A stretch of DNA of 64,000 nt, taken from the sequence record OQ349392.1; one strand, 5' to 3'. The notes under the pieces were generated by a model, which was not told the DNA's origin, did not search any database, and worked only from the letters and a program-made list of their open reading frames with translations. Of the stretch, positions 18,941 to 28,368 are shown piece after piece. The DNA is from Escherichia phage KIT06. Within the stretch, counting starts at the first letter, position 1. Each line of letters opens with the position of its first letter. Both the position numbers and the translations under genes were made by a program.

Positions 18941-19870
18941 ATGAAAACTCGTAAACATTATATTGATTATTTTGATAGTCTTATTACTAAACACCGTAAT
19001 TATCAGATCGGACACAGAGCAGTAATCAATAATATTCTTCGTGATTTCCTTCAATATGTTGGCCAGGAAAATCATATCTGTAAAGATACACAGAACGCTT
19101 ATTCTCATTCGTTGGGCAATTTGCTTCAATGGTTTAAACGTTCTCGTATGTTATCTTCTACTGTAGCTCGCGATAACATTAAAAACTTTATGAAGCCGAG
19201 TTTTATTAAATCTGCGACATCTATAACTGATTTGGTTGAATTTACTATTGTTAACGATGTTAAAAAGACCCATTTGGCTGATTGGCTATCTACCATTCCT
19301 GAAACTAAATTTGCTGATAAATTTGCCTGTCAATTTAATGACCAAGTGAATATGCTTTTTAAGCATGCTCGTAAACTATTTACCGCAGGCGATGACCGTA
19401 CAAATACAGTTCATGTTAAGGACTGGGTTATTGCTGATGAAGTAACACACAAGCCAGGTGGTTCATCAGTATTAATTAATATCCAGGTTCCTTATTATTA
19501 CTCACGTAATCTCGGCACCATGACAGCTAGAGAAATTAATAAGCACAACAAAACTATTCGTTCGTTGTCTTATAAACTCCGCATGATGCTAAAAATTATG
19601 GACGTAGTGGAAATGTATGACGAAACCGAAGATAACGGTTCAATGTTATACAGTTCACGCATTCTAATTAAACTGAAGAACCCTAATACATATAAGACAG
19701 TTGTAAAAGAGCCTAAAGTAGAAAAGATTGATAACTTGAGCGAAGAACGTGAATATCTCAATGCTCGCTTAATTGAAGTTGAATCCCAGATTGCCGAACA
19801 CACCAAATTGTTAAAAGCTCTTAATGCAAAAGCAAATGGTTTACGCAATGCTATTGAGGTATTGAAATGA
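18941..19870 (+). CDS. hypothetical protein with C-terminal coiled coil (paralog family member 4)
   Basis: 309 aa; C-terminus [37 protein letters not shown]. Confidence 0.5.
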   Translation: MKTRKHYIDYFDSLITKHRNYQIGHRAVINNILRDFLQYVGQENHICKDTQNAYSHSLGNLLQWFKRSRMLSSTVARDNIKNFMKPSFIKSATSITDLVEFTIVNDVKKTHLADWLSTIPETKFADKFACQFNDQVNMLFKHARKLFTAGDDRTNTVHVKDWVIADEVTHKPGGSSVLINIQVPYYYSRNLGTMTAREINKHNKTIRSLSYKLRMMLKIMDVVEMYDETEDNGSMLYSSRILIKLKNPNTYKTVVKEPKVEKIDNLSEEREYLNARLIEVESQIAEHTKLLKALNAKANGLRNAIEVLK

Positions 19871-20184
19871 AAAAGCGTCTATTAGAAGATATTGCAGCTT
19901 CAAGTAATTCCAGTCTAATTAAAATTATTATGGCTGGTGAAGAAGACGATCTGGAAATGCGTGGAAAGATTCATGGTTGCGATGATTTAGACTTTAAACC
20001 TCCAGCCTGGGATGCCATTATGGTTATGGTTGAACGCCGCGAAAGGGCTTCTAAGAATGTTCCGAACTGCCCAAAATGTGGTACTGAACAGGTTCAATTA
20101 ATTCATTGGCAGACTAGTAATCTTCGTTATAAATGTCGTCATTGCAAACACCGATTTAACCGAGAAGAAAATGACCAAGCGTAA
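19867..20184 (+). CDS. zinc-ribbon protein
   Basis: 105 aa; CPKCG...18 aa...CRHCKH four-Cys zinc ribbon. Confidence 0.5.
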   Translation: MKKRLLEDIAASSNSSLIKIIMAGEEDDLEMRGKIHGCDDLDFKPPAWDAIMVMVERRERASKNVPNCPKCGTEQVQLIHWQTSNLRYKCRHCKHRFNREENDQA

Positions 20185-20413
20185 AGAATATATGGAGATT
20201 GCTGAAAAGGCAGTCCGCGAATTAGCAATAGCTTATTATTATGAACATGGTAAATTTCCTGATAGATACAGCGTGCTTAAATCTGCTTTAACTCGTTCAT
20301 ATAAAAATATGCTATCAGAAGTAAGTGATATTATATACAAACATAAAGAACAAACAGGTCAAAGTCTTGATTACGACGAGACTTTTAAACAAGTACTAGG
20401 AATTAAGGAATAA
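20171..20413 (+). CDS. hypothetical protein (nrdC.1 position)
   Basis: 80-aa ORF immediately upstream of nrdC. Confidence 0.45.
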   Translation: MTKRKEYMEIAEKAVRELAIAYYYEHGKFPDRYSVLKSALTRSYKNMLSEVSDIIYKHKEQTGQSLDYDETFKQVLGIKE

Positions 20414-20414
20414 T

Positions 20415-20678
20415 ATGTTTAAAGTATATGGTTATGATAGCAGCATCCATAAATGTGTGTATTGCGATAATGCAAAACGTCTTTTGACTGTGAAGAAACA
20501 GCCGTTTGAATTTATCAACATTATGCCGGAAAAAGGTGTTTTTGATGATGAGAAAATCGCTGAGCTTCTAACTAAACTGGGTCGTGATACTCAAATTGGT
20601 TTGACAATGCCACAAGTATTTGCTCCTGATGGAAGTCATATTGGTGGATTTGACCAATTGCGGGAATACTTTAAATGA
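20415..20678 (+). CDS. nrdC: phage thioredoxin/glutaredoxin NrdC
   Basis: 87 aa, same as T4 NrdC; active site CVYC in MFKVYGYDSSIHKCVYCDNAKRLL. Confidence 0.88.
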   Translation: MFKVYGYDSSIHKCVYCDNAKRLLTVKKQPFEFINIMPEKGVFDDEKIAELLTKLGRDTQIGLTMPQVFAPDGSHIGGFDQLREYFK

Positions 20679-20890
20679 TGCTCGAAGGAACTGATTATAT
20701 CCATGACTACCGCGGAAGCTCGGTATATGTAGGTGATGAGGTTGCAGTTTATTACGGGTATGGAACTTTGATGACAGCAAAGGTTATTCAAATTAAAAAT
20801 AATCGTGCTAAACTCGAAGTTTATTATTCTAACGGTGAAAAGTCTATTTCTAAATGGAAATACGGCGATTGCATGGTCAAACTGGGGTAA
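20675..20890 (+). CDS. hypothetical protein
   Basis: 71-aa ORF, ATGA overlap with nrdC. Confidence 0.45.
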   Translation: MMLEGTDYIHDYRGSSVYVGDEVAVYYGYGTLMTAKVIQIKNNRAKLEVYYSNGEKSISKWKYGDCMVKLG

Positions 20891-20892
20891 AT

Positions 20893-21063
20893 ATGATTTA
20901 CGATATTAGTGTATCAAGAACTCCGTCAATGGTTACTATTCCAGCCGAAGAATTAGATCGTCTTCAGAAAATTGAAGAGCTTCTTTGGGAAATTGAATCT
21001 GATTTGCCATCAGGATTAGAATCCTGGATTGATTATGAAGAACTTAATAAATTGCGAAATTAA
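20893..21063 (+). CDS. hypothetical small protein
   Basis: 56 aa from ATG 20893 (ORF track 20854 is a non-ATG start). Confidence 0.4.
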   Translation: MIYDISVSRTPSMVTIPAEELDRLQKIEELLWEIESDLPSGLESWIDYEELNKLRN

Positions 21064-21074
21064 AGTGGTGAAAA

Positions 21075-21395
21075 ATGAATATTGAAAATAAATTAGATGT
21101 TGATGCAGTTCTGAGTGAAATCATCGAAGACCATGATGCATTTTCAGAAAATTATGATTTCGATTTTTCGGATTATCTTAAACCTGTCGAAATAGAAGAT
21201 TGGGTACAAGATGGCAAATGCCAATATCGGAAGTGCGTTTATTTTAGTCCGAAACATAATGTACATGTTTCCGTAAATGAATCTCGCTCAGGTTCTTACC
21301 ATTCTGACTGGTATTATGCAGTTCCAACTGTTGAACTAGTCGAGCCTCGTGAACGCGTAGTAACTCAGACAATACGAGAATGGATTACGCTATAA
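21075..21395 (+). CDS. hypothetical protein
   Basis: 106-aa ORF, SD GGTGA. Confidence 0.45.
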   Translation: MNIENKLDVDAVLSEIIEDHDAFSENYDFDFSDYLKPVEIEDWVQDGKCQYRKCVYFSPKHNVHVSVNESRSGSYHSDWYYAVPTVELVEPRERVVTQTIREWITL

Positions 21396-21518
21396 AACCT
21401 TGGTGGGCGGCTAGATGGGAAACTGTAGAGCCAGAGCCGGAAGAACCGGTTTACACTGATGAAGAAACAGTATATAATGAACCTACGATAAATGACTTAA
21501 TTGATATGGAGATGGGAC

Positions 21519-21965
21519 ATGATTACAGTAGATAAGTGGTTTAGAATTAATCGTGCTGATACAGGGCTGTGTAATTATTGGCCGGAACTTAGTGCAGGTA
21601 CTGTCTTTAAAGTTCGTGAACTTACAAAAGAATGCGAAGATGATATAGAACCTGATACTGGAATTATTGAAATTGAACTTTCTGATGGAAAGATTATTAA
21701 CATCTACGATAAGCCAATTACGTATTGGTGCTTATGGAATACTGAATCAGTAGAAAATGGCGAAATTGAAGAGGTCGTAGAACGAGTTGATCAAGCTATT
21801 CATAAACCTAAAGCCGCTTTTCAAGGTGAACGTATTTCATATGCATTAGCTAAATTAGCTGCGCAAGAAAACAACGATGGCTATGAAGGAAATTTGATGC
21901 AAGCTGCGGCAGAATATATTGAATGGCTTGAAACTCAAATTTCTTTTTCTGACCGAGCATTTTAA
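21519..21965 (+). CDS. hypothetical protein (pin/49.x region)
   Basis: 148 aa from ATG 21519 with SD GGAGATGGGA; position corresponds to T4 pin region but identity not verified. Confidence 0.45.
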   Translation: MITVDKWFRINRADTGLCNYWPELSAGTVFKVRELTKECEDDIEPDTGIIEIELSDGKIINIYDKPITYWCLWNTESVENGEIEEVVERVDQAIHKPKAAFQGERISYALAKLAAQENNDGYEGNLMQAAAEYIEWLETQISFSDRAF

Positions 21966-21983
21966 TACTTGAAAATAATAAAT

Positions 21984-22014
21984 ACCCTTATCTATTCAAG
22001 GTAAGGGTTTTATT
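21984..22014 (+). terminator. hairpin plus U-tract immediately upstream of gene 49
   Basis: ACCCTTA ... TAAGGGT 7-bp stem (21984-21990 / 22002-22008) followed by TTTATT; may also regulate gene 49 translation. Confidence 0.5.
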
Positions 22015-22488
22015 ATGTTATTGACTGGCAAATTATACAAAGAAGAAAAACAAAAATTTTATGATGCACAAAACGGTAAATGCTTAATTTGCCAACGAGA
22101 ACTAAATCCTGATGTTCAAGCTAATCACCTTGACCATGACCATGAATTAAATGGACCAAAAGCAGGAAAGGTACGTGGGTTGCTATGTAATCTCTGTAAT
22201 GCTGCAGAAGGTCAAATGAAGCATAAATTCAATCGTTCTGGCTTAAAGGGACAAGGTGTTGATTATCTTGAATGGCTAGAAAATTTACTTACTTATTTAA
22301 AATCCGATTACACCCAAAATAATATTCACCCTAACTTCGTTGGAGATAAATCAAAGGAATTTTCTCGTTTAGGAAAAGAGGAAATGATGGCTGAGATGCT
22401 TCAAAGAGGATTTGAATATAATGAATCTGACACTAAAACACAATTAATAGCTTCATTTAAGAAGCAGCTTAGAAAGAGTTTAAAATGA
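22015..22488 (+). CDS. 49: endonuclease VII (Holliday junction resolvase, gp49)
   Basis: 157 aa, same as T4 gp49; MLLTGKLYKEEKQKFYDAQNGKCLICQRELNP... with Cys4 zinc site and HDH motif. Confidence 0.92.
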   Translation: MLLTGKLYKEEKQKFYDAQNGKCLICQRELNPDVQANHLDHDHELNGPKAGKVRGLLCNLCNAAEGQMKHKFNRSGLKGQGVDYLEWLENLLTYLKSDYTQNNIHPNFVGDKSKEFSRLGKEEMMAEMLQRGFEYNESDTKTQLIASFKKQLRKSLK

Positions 22489-24302
22489 CAATTGAAAAAG
22501 AAATTGAAGGATTGATTCATAAAACTAATAAAGACCTTTTAAACGAGAATGCTAATAAAGATTCTCGTGTTTTTCCAACTCAACGGGACCTTATGGCTGG
22601 TATTGTGTCTAAACACATTGCCAAAAATATGGTCCCGTCTTTTATTATGAAAGCGCATGAAAGCGGAATTATTCATTTCCATGATATTGATTATTCCCCT
22701 GCTCTTCCATTTACTAATTGCTGTTTAGTAGATTTAAAAGGAATGCTTGAGAACGGATTTAAGCTCGGTAATGCACAGATTGAAACTCCTAAATCAATCG
22801 GTGTTGCTACTGCAATTATGGCACAAATTACTGCACAGGTTGCTTCCCATCAATATGGTGGAACGACTTTTGCGAATGTAGATAAAGTACTTTCTCCTTA
22901 TGTTAAACGCACCTATGCAAAACATATTGAGGACGCAGAAAAATGGCAAATCGCTGATGCGTTGAATTATGCCCAATCTAAAACAGAAAAAGATGTATAC
23001 GATGCATTCCAAGCTTATGAATACGAAGTAAATACTCTCTTTAGTTCAAACGGACAAACGCCTTTTGTAACAATTACATTTGGTACGGGAACTGACTGGA
23101 CTGAACGAATGATTCAGAAAGCAATTCTGAAAAATCGTATTAAAGGCCTTGGTCGCGACGGGATAACTCCTATTTTCCCTAAACTTGTTATGTTCGTTGA
23201 AGAAGGTGTTAATCTTTATAAAGACGATCCGAACTATGATATTAAGCAGCTTGCTCTAGAATGTGCAAGTAAAAGAATGTATCCTGACATCATTTCGGCT
23301 AAGAACAATAAAGCTATCACCGGTTCATCTATTCCTGTTTCTCCAATGGGTTGTCGTAGTTTCTTGGGTGTATGGAAAGATTCGACTGGTAATGAAATTC
23401 TTGATGGACGTAATAATCTTGGTGTTGTAACACTGAATCTTCCTCGCATTGCACTAGATTCTTATATTGGAACACAGTTCAATGAACAGAAATTTGCCGA
23501 ATTGTTCAATGAGAGAATGGATTTATGTTTTGAAGCATTGATGTGTAGAATTAGTTCATTAAAAGGAGTTAAAGCTACTGTTGCTCCTATTCTTTACCAA
23601 GAAGGTGCATTCGGGGTTCGTCTTAAACCTGATGACGATATAATTGAGTTATTTAAAAACGGTAGAAGTTCAGTGTCTTTGGGATACATTGGTATTCACG
23701 AATTGAATATTCTTGTCGGTCGTGATATTGGACAAGAAATTTTAACTAAAATGAATGCTCATCTTAAGCAGTGGACTGAAAGAACTGGTTTTGCTTTTAG
23801 TTTGTATTCGACACCTGCTGAAAACCTGTGCTATCGCTTCTGTAAACTTGATACCGAAAAATATGGAAGTGTAAAAGATGTTACCGATAAAGGCTGGTAC
23901 ACTAACAGTTTCCACGTTTCAGTAGAAGAAAATATCACTCCGTTTGAAAAGATTTCTCGTGAAGCACCATATCATTTCATTGCGACAGGTGGTCACATTT
24001 CTTATGTTGAACTTCCTGATATGAAAAATAACCTAAAAGGTCTTGAGGCTGTATGGGATTATGCTGCGCAACATTTAGATTATTTTGGCGTTAACATGCC
24101 AGTAGATAAATGTTTTACGTGTGGAAGTACCCATGAAATGACTCCTACTGAAAACGGATTTGTTTGTTCTATTTGTGGAGAAACTGATCCTAAAAAGATG
24201 AACACAATAAGAAGAACATGCGGATATCTTGGAACTCCTAGCGTTGTTCCATGGAATTTAGGTAAAATGAAAGAAATGGTAAAACGAGTAAAACATGCAT
24301 AG
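22485..24302 (+). CDS. nrdD: anaerobic ribonucleoside-triphosphate reductase NrdD (intronless)
   Basis: Continuous 605-aa ORF; C-terminal zinc ribbon CFTCGS...CSICGE and glycyl-radical region RRTCGYLG; no intron interruption unlike T4. Confidence 0.95.
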   Translation: MTIEKEIEGLIHKTNKDLLNENANKDSRVFPTQRDLMAGIVSKHIAKNMVPSFIMKAHESGIIHFHDIDYSPALPFTNCCLVDLKGMLENGFKLGNAQIETPKSIGVATAIMAQITAQVASHQYGGTTFANVDKVLSPYVKRTYAKHIEDAEKWQIADALNYAQSKTEKDVYDAFQAYEYEVNTLFSSNGQTPFVTITFGTGTDWTERMIQKAILKNRIKGLGRDGITPIFPKLVMFVEEGVNLYKDDPNYDIKQLALECASKRMYPDIISAKNNKAITGSSIPVSPMGCRSFLGVWKDSTGNEILDGRNNLGVVTLNLPRIALDSYIGTQFNEQKFAELFNERMDLCFEALMCRISSLKGVKATVAPILYQEGAFGVRLKPDDDIIELFKNGRSSVSLGYIGIHELNILVGRDIGQEILTKMNAHLKQWTERTGFAFSLYSTPAENLCYRFCKLDTEKYGSVKDVTDKGWYTNSFHVSVEENITPFEKISREAPYHFIATGGHISYVELPDMKNNLKGLEAVWDYAAQHLDYFGVNMPVDKCFTCGSTHEMTPTENGFVCSICGETDPKKMNTIRRTCGYLGTPSVVPWNLGKMKEMVKRVKHA

Positions 24303-25125
24303 GTATTATATAATTTATAAAATAACAAATATAATTAATTCAAAGGAATATATCGGTGCGCATAGCACCGATAACATAAATGACGGTTATATGGGGTCAG
24401 GAACATTGATTCGTGCCGCTTTATTAAAATATGGTAGAAAAAATTTTAATAAAGAAATTTTACATGTTTTTGATAATGAAAAACAAATGTATGATAAAGA
24501 AGCTGAACTCGTAACCGAAGAGTATTGTCTAAAAGAAAATACATATAATATTAAACCTGGTGGAAAAGGTGGAACTGCCTATGAACAGACACTTGAACAT
24601 CGCCGCAAAAATAGTTTAGCAAATAAAGGTAAAAAGAGAACAGAAGAAACTAAAATAGCTATTTCACGTGCTTTAAAGAAATATAAACGTACGCCAGAGC
24701 ATCAAGCAAATTTAAATAAAGCCGTAAGCATAGCTATGAAGCGAAAAGATGTTAGAAGTAAATTAGCTGGAGAGCGGTCTGAGAAAGATAAATTATCTAT
24801 ATCAAACGGTGTTAAAAAATATTACAATTCTTTGAGTGAAGAAGAACGCGAACTTCATCGCAAGCGAATTATTGAAGGTAAAAAGAATTCTCCCATGTCA
24901 TTGGAATCTAGACAAAAGCTTTCAAAAGCTTTAAAAGGACTTCAAGTTGGTTCAAAAAATCCAATGTATGGAAAAATTTCTCCAACTAGCAAAACCGTTT
25001 CAGTTGACGGTATTAAATATGATTCAATTAAAAAGTGCTCAAATGCCATAAAAGTTTCTAGACATCTTATACTAAAACGCTGTAATTCTACTGATGAAGC
25101 TTGGAAAAATTGGATATTATTATGA
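24295..25125 (+). CDS. GIY-YIG homing endonuclease (Seg/Mob-like), free-standing between nrdD and nrdG
   Basis: 276 aa; GIY-YIG motifs YIIYKITN...EYIGAHS...GSG...NTYNIKPGG; repeated NUMOD3-like DNA-binding repeats (KNSLANKGKKRTEETK, SRQKLSKALKG). Confidence 0.85.
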   Translation: MHRYYIIYKITNIINSKEYIGAHSTDNINDGYMGSGTLIRAALLKYGRKNFNKEILHVFDNEKQMYDKEAELVTEEYCLKENTYNIKPGGKGGTAYEQTLEHRRKNSLANKGKKRTEETKIAISRALKKYKRTPEHQANLNKAVSIAMKRKDVRSKLAGERSEKDKLSISNGVKKYYNSLSEEERELHRKRIIEGKKNSPMSLESRQKLSKALKGLQVGSKNPMYGKISPTSKTVSVDGIKYDSIKKCSNAIKVSRHLILKRCNSTDEAWKNWILL

Positions 25126-25592
25126 ATTATGACAGAATATACCCGTGTTGCTTTGTTAACGGTCCTGGGTGCCGAACTGTTCTTTTCGTTACAGGTTGTT
25201 TGCATAAATGTGAAGGGTGTTATAATAAATCAACATGGAATGCTAGAAATGGCGTTCCATTCACTGGTGAAACACTAGAACAATTAATTAAATGTTTGAA
25301 TAATGATTATATAGAAGGATTAACTATAACTGGAGGAGACCCTCTCTATCCAGATAACCGAGATGTTGTTCATTGCATTGTTCAAACAGTAAAAAATCTT
25401 TATCCGAATAAAAGCATTTGGTTGTGGACAGGATATAAGTTTGAAGATATTAAACAACTAGAAATGCTTAAATATGTTGATGTTATTATTGATGGGAAGT
25501 ATGAGAAAAATCTTCCGACCAAAAAGCTGTGGCGAGGTTCAGATAATCAGCGACTTTGGTCAAATACCGATGGGGTGTGGAAACATGATTAA
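25122..25592 (+). CDS. nrdG: anaerobic ribonucleotide reductase activating protein NrdG
   Basis: 156 aa from ATG 25122; radical-SAM-like cysteine motifs CCFVNGPGC and CLHKCEGC. Confidence 0.9.
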   Translation: MNYDRIYPCCFVNGPGCRTVLFVTGCLHKCEGCYNKSTWNARNGVPFTGETLEQLIKCLNNDYIEGLTITGGDPLYPDNRDVVHCIVQTVKNLYPNKSIWLWTGYKFEDIKQLEMLKYVDVIIDGKYEKNLPTKKLWRGSDNQRLWSNTDGVWKHD

Positions 25593-25706
25593 ACTGAATT
25601 ATATTATTGATACTATAAATGATATGATTTTTCATTTTGGTCCAGAATTTTATTCGCAGTATAGTTTAGTACTTATCAATGCTTGGTTAATCAATTAAGG
25701 GTAAAT

Positions 25707-25922
25707 ATGTATAAATTTCGTAAAGGTTTAGCTGATTTTCTTACAACTGTAACATTCTTTTTGTTTATGGCAGTTGGTGCTATTTTTCTTATTCCTTTTA
25801 TTGCTATATTTTTCGTGATTAGCTTAATTTCTCCAGAAAAAGGACTATCTTCTAGCGAGTTCAATGAGCGTCTGGATAAAATTACTAACAAACTGAATGC
25901 TGTTCTTGATAAAAAGGCTTAA
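25707..25922 (+). CDS. hypothetical small membrane protein
   Basis: 71 aa from ATG 25707; one hydrophobic helix FLFMAVGAIFLIPFIAIFFVISLI. Confidence 0.45.
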   Translation: MYKFRKGLADFLTTVTFFLFMAVGAIFLIPFIAIFFVISLISPEKGLSSSEFNERLDKITNKLNAVLDKKA

Positions 25923-25924
25923 TT

Positions 25925-26236
25925 ATGATTAGTTTTGAGCGGTATGTGGTAGAGAGTTGGAAGGGTTTTGATATGTTCGGTAATGACTATTATTTCTATG
26001 AATGTAGTCTAAATCCTAGTTTTTGGGCTGGACGAGAACGAGAACTTGAAGAAATTAATAACCGCGCTGAATTGTTAGGTGAATTACCTACGGTTTATTT
26101 TACCTTTGATGCATCTGGATTTGTTATCCAGGTTTATTTTCCTGAAGAAAATTCTGGCGATGATTCTGTTAACCCGCCATACTGGGCTTATCAAGGAATT
26201 ATTTCTCGTGGAACAAAACTCGAACTTAAAGAATAA
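25925..26236 (+). CDS. hypothetical protein
   Basis: 103-aa ORF, TAATTATG start context. Confidence 0.5.
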   Translation: MISFERYVVESWKGFDMFGNDYYFYECSLNPSFWAGRERELEEINNRAELLGELPTVYFTFDASGFVIQVYFPEENSGDDSVNPPYWAYQGIISRGTKLELKE

Positions 26237-26531
26237 GATTGAAGTCTATGGAATTCCAGATGAAGTAGGTCGTTGTCCTGGATGTCAATCAGTTACAAAA
26301 CTTCTAAAGGAGCTCAATGCTCCTTTTACTTTCTATAAAGTTCTTACAAATAATGGTAAGATTGAGTATGATCGCCCACTGATTGTATCTCTTGCTAAAC
26401 GTGCTGGATTCACATCTCTTAACATTCGTTATCCAGTCATTTTCATCAATGATTCTAGACAAAAGAACATTAAACACTTCAAAGAAACTCTCATTTCACT
26501 TGGATATGATAGAGATATCATAGAAGATTAA
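26208..26531 (+). CDS. glutaredoxin-like protein (NrdH position), probable GTG start
   Basis: Glutaredoxin-like pattern KIEVYGIPDEVGRCPGCQ...RYPVIFIND; no in-frame ATG near N-terminus; GTG 26208 preceded by AAGGA; overlaps upstream gene by 29 nt. Confidence 0.5.
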   Translation: MEQNSNLKNKIEVYGIPDEVGRCPGCQSVTKLLKELNAPFTFYKVLTNNGKIEYDRPLIVSLAKRAGFTSLNIRYPVIFINDSRQKNIKHFKETLISLGYDRDIIED

Positions 26532-26533
26532 GA

Positions 26534-26556
26534 CGGGCCCTCTGGGCCTTTCTTTC
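26534..26556 (+). terminator. rho-independent terminator
   Basis: GGGCCC TCT GGGCCT hairpin followed by TTCTTTCT. Confidence 0.5.
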
Positions 26557-26629
26557 TCGCATTCTGTATATTACCATTCTAAGCTATCGTTCCCTTCTTA
26601 TCATTCCCTAAAATAATTTTCACAAAGTT

Positions 26630-26659
26630 GTTTACAAGAAGTTCAAACTGTGGTATTAT
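26630..26659 (+). promoter_or_regulatory. T4 early promoter
   Basis: GTTTAC 26630-26635, 18-nt spacer, TGGTATTAT with -10 at 26654-26659. Confidence 0.6.
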
Positions 26660-26689
26660 TAACATATGAATTGCCTTTGAGGATTTGAT

Positions 26690-26866
26690 ATGGTTGATAA
26701 AGAGATTAAAAGGGATCAGTATTATCGTGTTAACGGACATATTGTTATTGTTACAGCAGTAGATGATCTAGATGTTCATTATACTGTACTTAAATGGAAC
26801 AAACACATGATTTGTGACCGTGCTGTATTTAGTTCAGTTGCTAAGGAAATTAAACTCCATGGGTAA
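26690..26866 (+). CDS. hypothetical small protein
   Basis: 58-aa ORF below track threshold; SD GAGGA before ATG 26690; overlaps next gene by ATGGGTAA. Confidence 0.4.
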   Translation: MVDKEIKRDQYYRVNGHIVIVTAVDDLDVHYTVLKWNKHMICDRAVFSSVAKEIKLHG

Positions 26867-27152
26867 AACGTATCGTCGTAAAGATTTAAAAGTACGTGAT
26901 TATGACTATTTCGGAAAGCGTAAAGCTCCTGATGGTGTAAGTCATAAAGATATGGTTGAAAACATTTTTCGCTCTGATAAATGGCGTAGAATGAAAGGCA
27001 TTGATTCAGAAGTTAAAGATGAGCTAAATCGTCAATTACGTAGTGAAGTAAGAAAGTTGAAAAAATCAGTTTACATTGATGACGATTTTGATTATAATAC
27101 TTCTCAACGAGTTGCTAAACGTAAATCAAACGAGTGCTATCGTTACAGCTGA
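26859..27152 (+). CDS. hypothetical basic protein
   Basis: 97 aa from ATG 26859; Lys/Arg-rich. Confidence 0.45.
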   Translation: MGKTYRRKDLKVRDYDYFGKRKAPDGVSHKDMVENIFRSDKWRRMKGIDSEVKDELNRQLRSEVRKLKKSVYIDDDFDYNTSQRVAKRKSNECYRYS

Positions 27153-27159
27153 GGAAAAT

Positions 27160-27291
27160 ATGAATATCAAACGTATGCTTTTTAAACAAGGATTATACAC
27201 TTTAAATGTTGCTCCAAAAGGCGATACGACCAAGTGGTCAGTAAATGACTGGATTAAATTCATTGATGAAAATGGCAATTGGAAAATTTAA
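27160..27291 (+). CDS. hypothetical small protein
   Basis: 43 aa; SD GAGG 4-5 nt before ATG 27160; stop abuts next ATG. Confidence 0.35.
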   Translation: MNIKRMLFKQGLYTLNVAPKGDTTKWSVNDWIKFIDENGNWKI

Positions 27292-27492
27292 ATGAATCCT
27301 GAATCTAAATTATCACAACGAATTGCCGAAGCTCGTCGTCAGTTCTTTGAAAATATGATAGCCCAAGGTATTGATGACGAAGTTTTTCTGAACTGGTTTT
27401 GGAATCACAAATATTCAAGTTGTTCAGGGGCAATATTAATATCAGCCGCAATGATGTATGAAGGCTGGAAGGGTGCCAAACAGTTTAGCTAA
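27292..27492 (+). CDS. hypothetical protein
   Basis: 66-aa ORF, TAAATG start, terminator follows. Confidence 0.45.
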   Translation: MNPESKLSQRIAEARRQFFENMIAQGIDDEVFLNWFWNHKYSSCSGAILISAAMMYEGWKGAKQFS

Positions 27493-27510
27493 GGGCTTCG
27501 GCCCTTTTTG
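27491..27510 (+). terminator. rho-independent terminator (UUCG tetraloop)
   Basis: AGGGC TTCG GCCCT followed by TTTTT. Confidence 0.75.
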
Positions 27511-27544
27511 GATAATAAAATTTTAACGCAATTGAGGATAATGT

Positions 27545-27871
27545 ATGACTATTCAAATTAAAAACGCCATCAATTCTTATGCATATGATAAAGTAGTTTC
27601 TCTGCTAGAAAAAGGCGATATTGTAACTCCTCAAATTTTGGATAAATGGGAAAAAGAGCTTCATCAGATGATGAAACAGAATGATCAGAAAATTGGACGA
27701 AATACTATTCGTGAATTGTTGGTTCAATATATCTTGTCAGAATTTGATGTTAAAGCTTTTGGTGTAGAATCTAAAGCTTATCAAAAGCATGAAATTTCTG
27801 ATAAAACTATTCGTCGTATGAAAAATCAACGCAAGAAAAAATTTGCTGATCTGAAAATTACTAAGGTATAA
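27545..27871 (+). CDS. hypothetical protein
   Basis: 108-aa ORF, SD GAGGATAA. Confidence 0.5.
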   Translation: MTIQIKNAINSYAYDKVVSLLEKGDIVTPQILDKWEKELHQMMKQNDQKIGRNTIRELLVQYILSEFDVKAFGVESKAYQKHEISDKTIRRMKNQRKKKFADLKITKV

Positions 27872-27873
27872 TT

Positions 27874-28089
27874 ATGAATGAATCTCTTATCAATGATTTG
27901 CGTCTTGCCGGATATGAAGTAAATACAAATGGCATTGGTTTAACTCAAATTGAAGGAAATGGATTTATCCTTGAGTATGAATTTAGCCAATGGTGGTTAT
28001 ATGCTAATTACGGCGAATTGATTGAATATGCCGATCAATTTGATTCACTAGATGCAGCTCTTGAAGCGGCTAAGTTGATGAATGCATGA
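27874..28089 (+). CDS. hypothetical protein
   Basis: 71-aa acidic ORF. Confidence 0.45.
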   Translation: MNESLINDLRLAGYEVNTNGIGLTQIEGNGFILEYEFSQWWLYANYGELIEYADQFDSLDAALEAAKLMNA

Positions 28090-28355
28090 AATTTATTAAT
28101 ATTTCTATTACTATTGAAAATTATGGAATTTTCTATGTTGACCAATATATGAAAATTTCATTTTTCCCAAATAAGACTGGTGTTGGATATTGGGAAAGCC
28201 ATGTTTCTGAATTAAATGAAAGCGAATATGTTAGCACACATGAAAAGTTTTTAGACTTTTTATATCATGCTGATTTAACTAGTCATTATATAGATATTCA
28301 TGAATTTAAAAAGATGATGGAGAAAGTATTCCAAGCATACTGTTTACTTAGATAG
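28086..28355 (+). CDS. hypothetical protein
   Basis: 89-aa ORF, ATGA overlap. Confidence 0.45.
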   Translation: MKFINISITIENYGIFYVDQYMKISFFPNKTGVGYWESHVSELNESEYVSTHEKFLDFLYHADLTSHYIDIHEFKKMMEKVFQAYCLLR

Positions 28356-28368
28356 CTGATTTATCCTC

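Noticed and set aside
21380-21535. 51-codon acidic ORF (MDYAIKPWWAARWETVEPEPEEPVYTDEE...) overlapping the end of 21075..21395 and the start of 21519..21965
   Set aside because: No SD before its ATG and it overlaps both neighbours out of frame; kept only as a low-probability candidate
22485-24302. Expected group I intron in nrdD
   Set aside because: The reading frame is continuous for 605 codons with no interruption; intron absent
26079-26531. Glutaredoxin-like gene appears to lack a start codon near its N-terminus, suggesting frameshift or fusion with the upstream ORF
   Set aside because: An in-frame GTG at 26208 with AAGGA 10 nt upstream gives a sensible 107-aa glutaredoxin-like protein; overlap with the upstream gene is normal for T4-type packing
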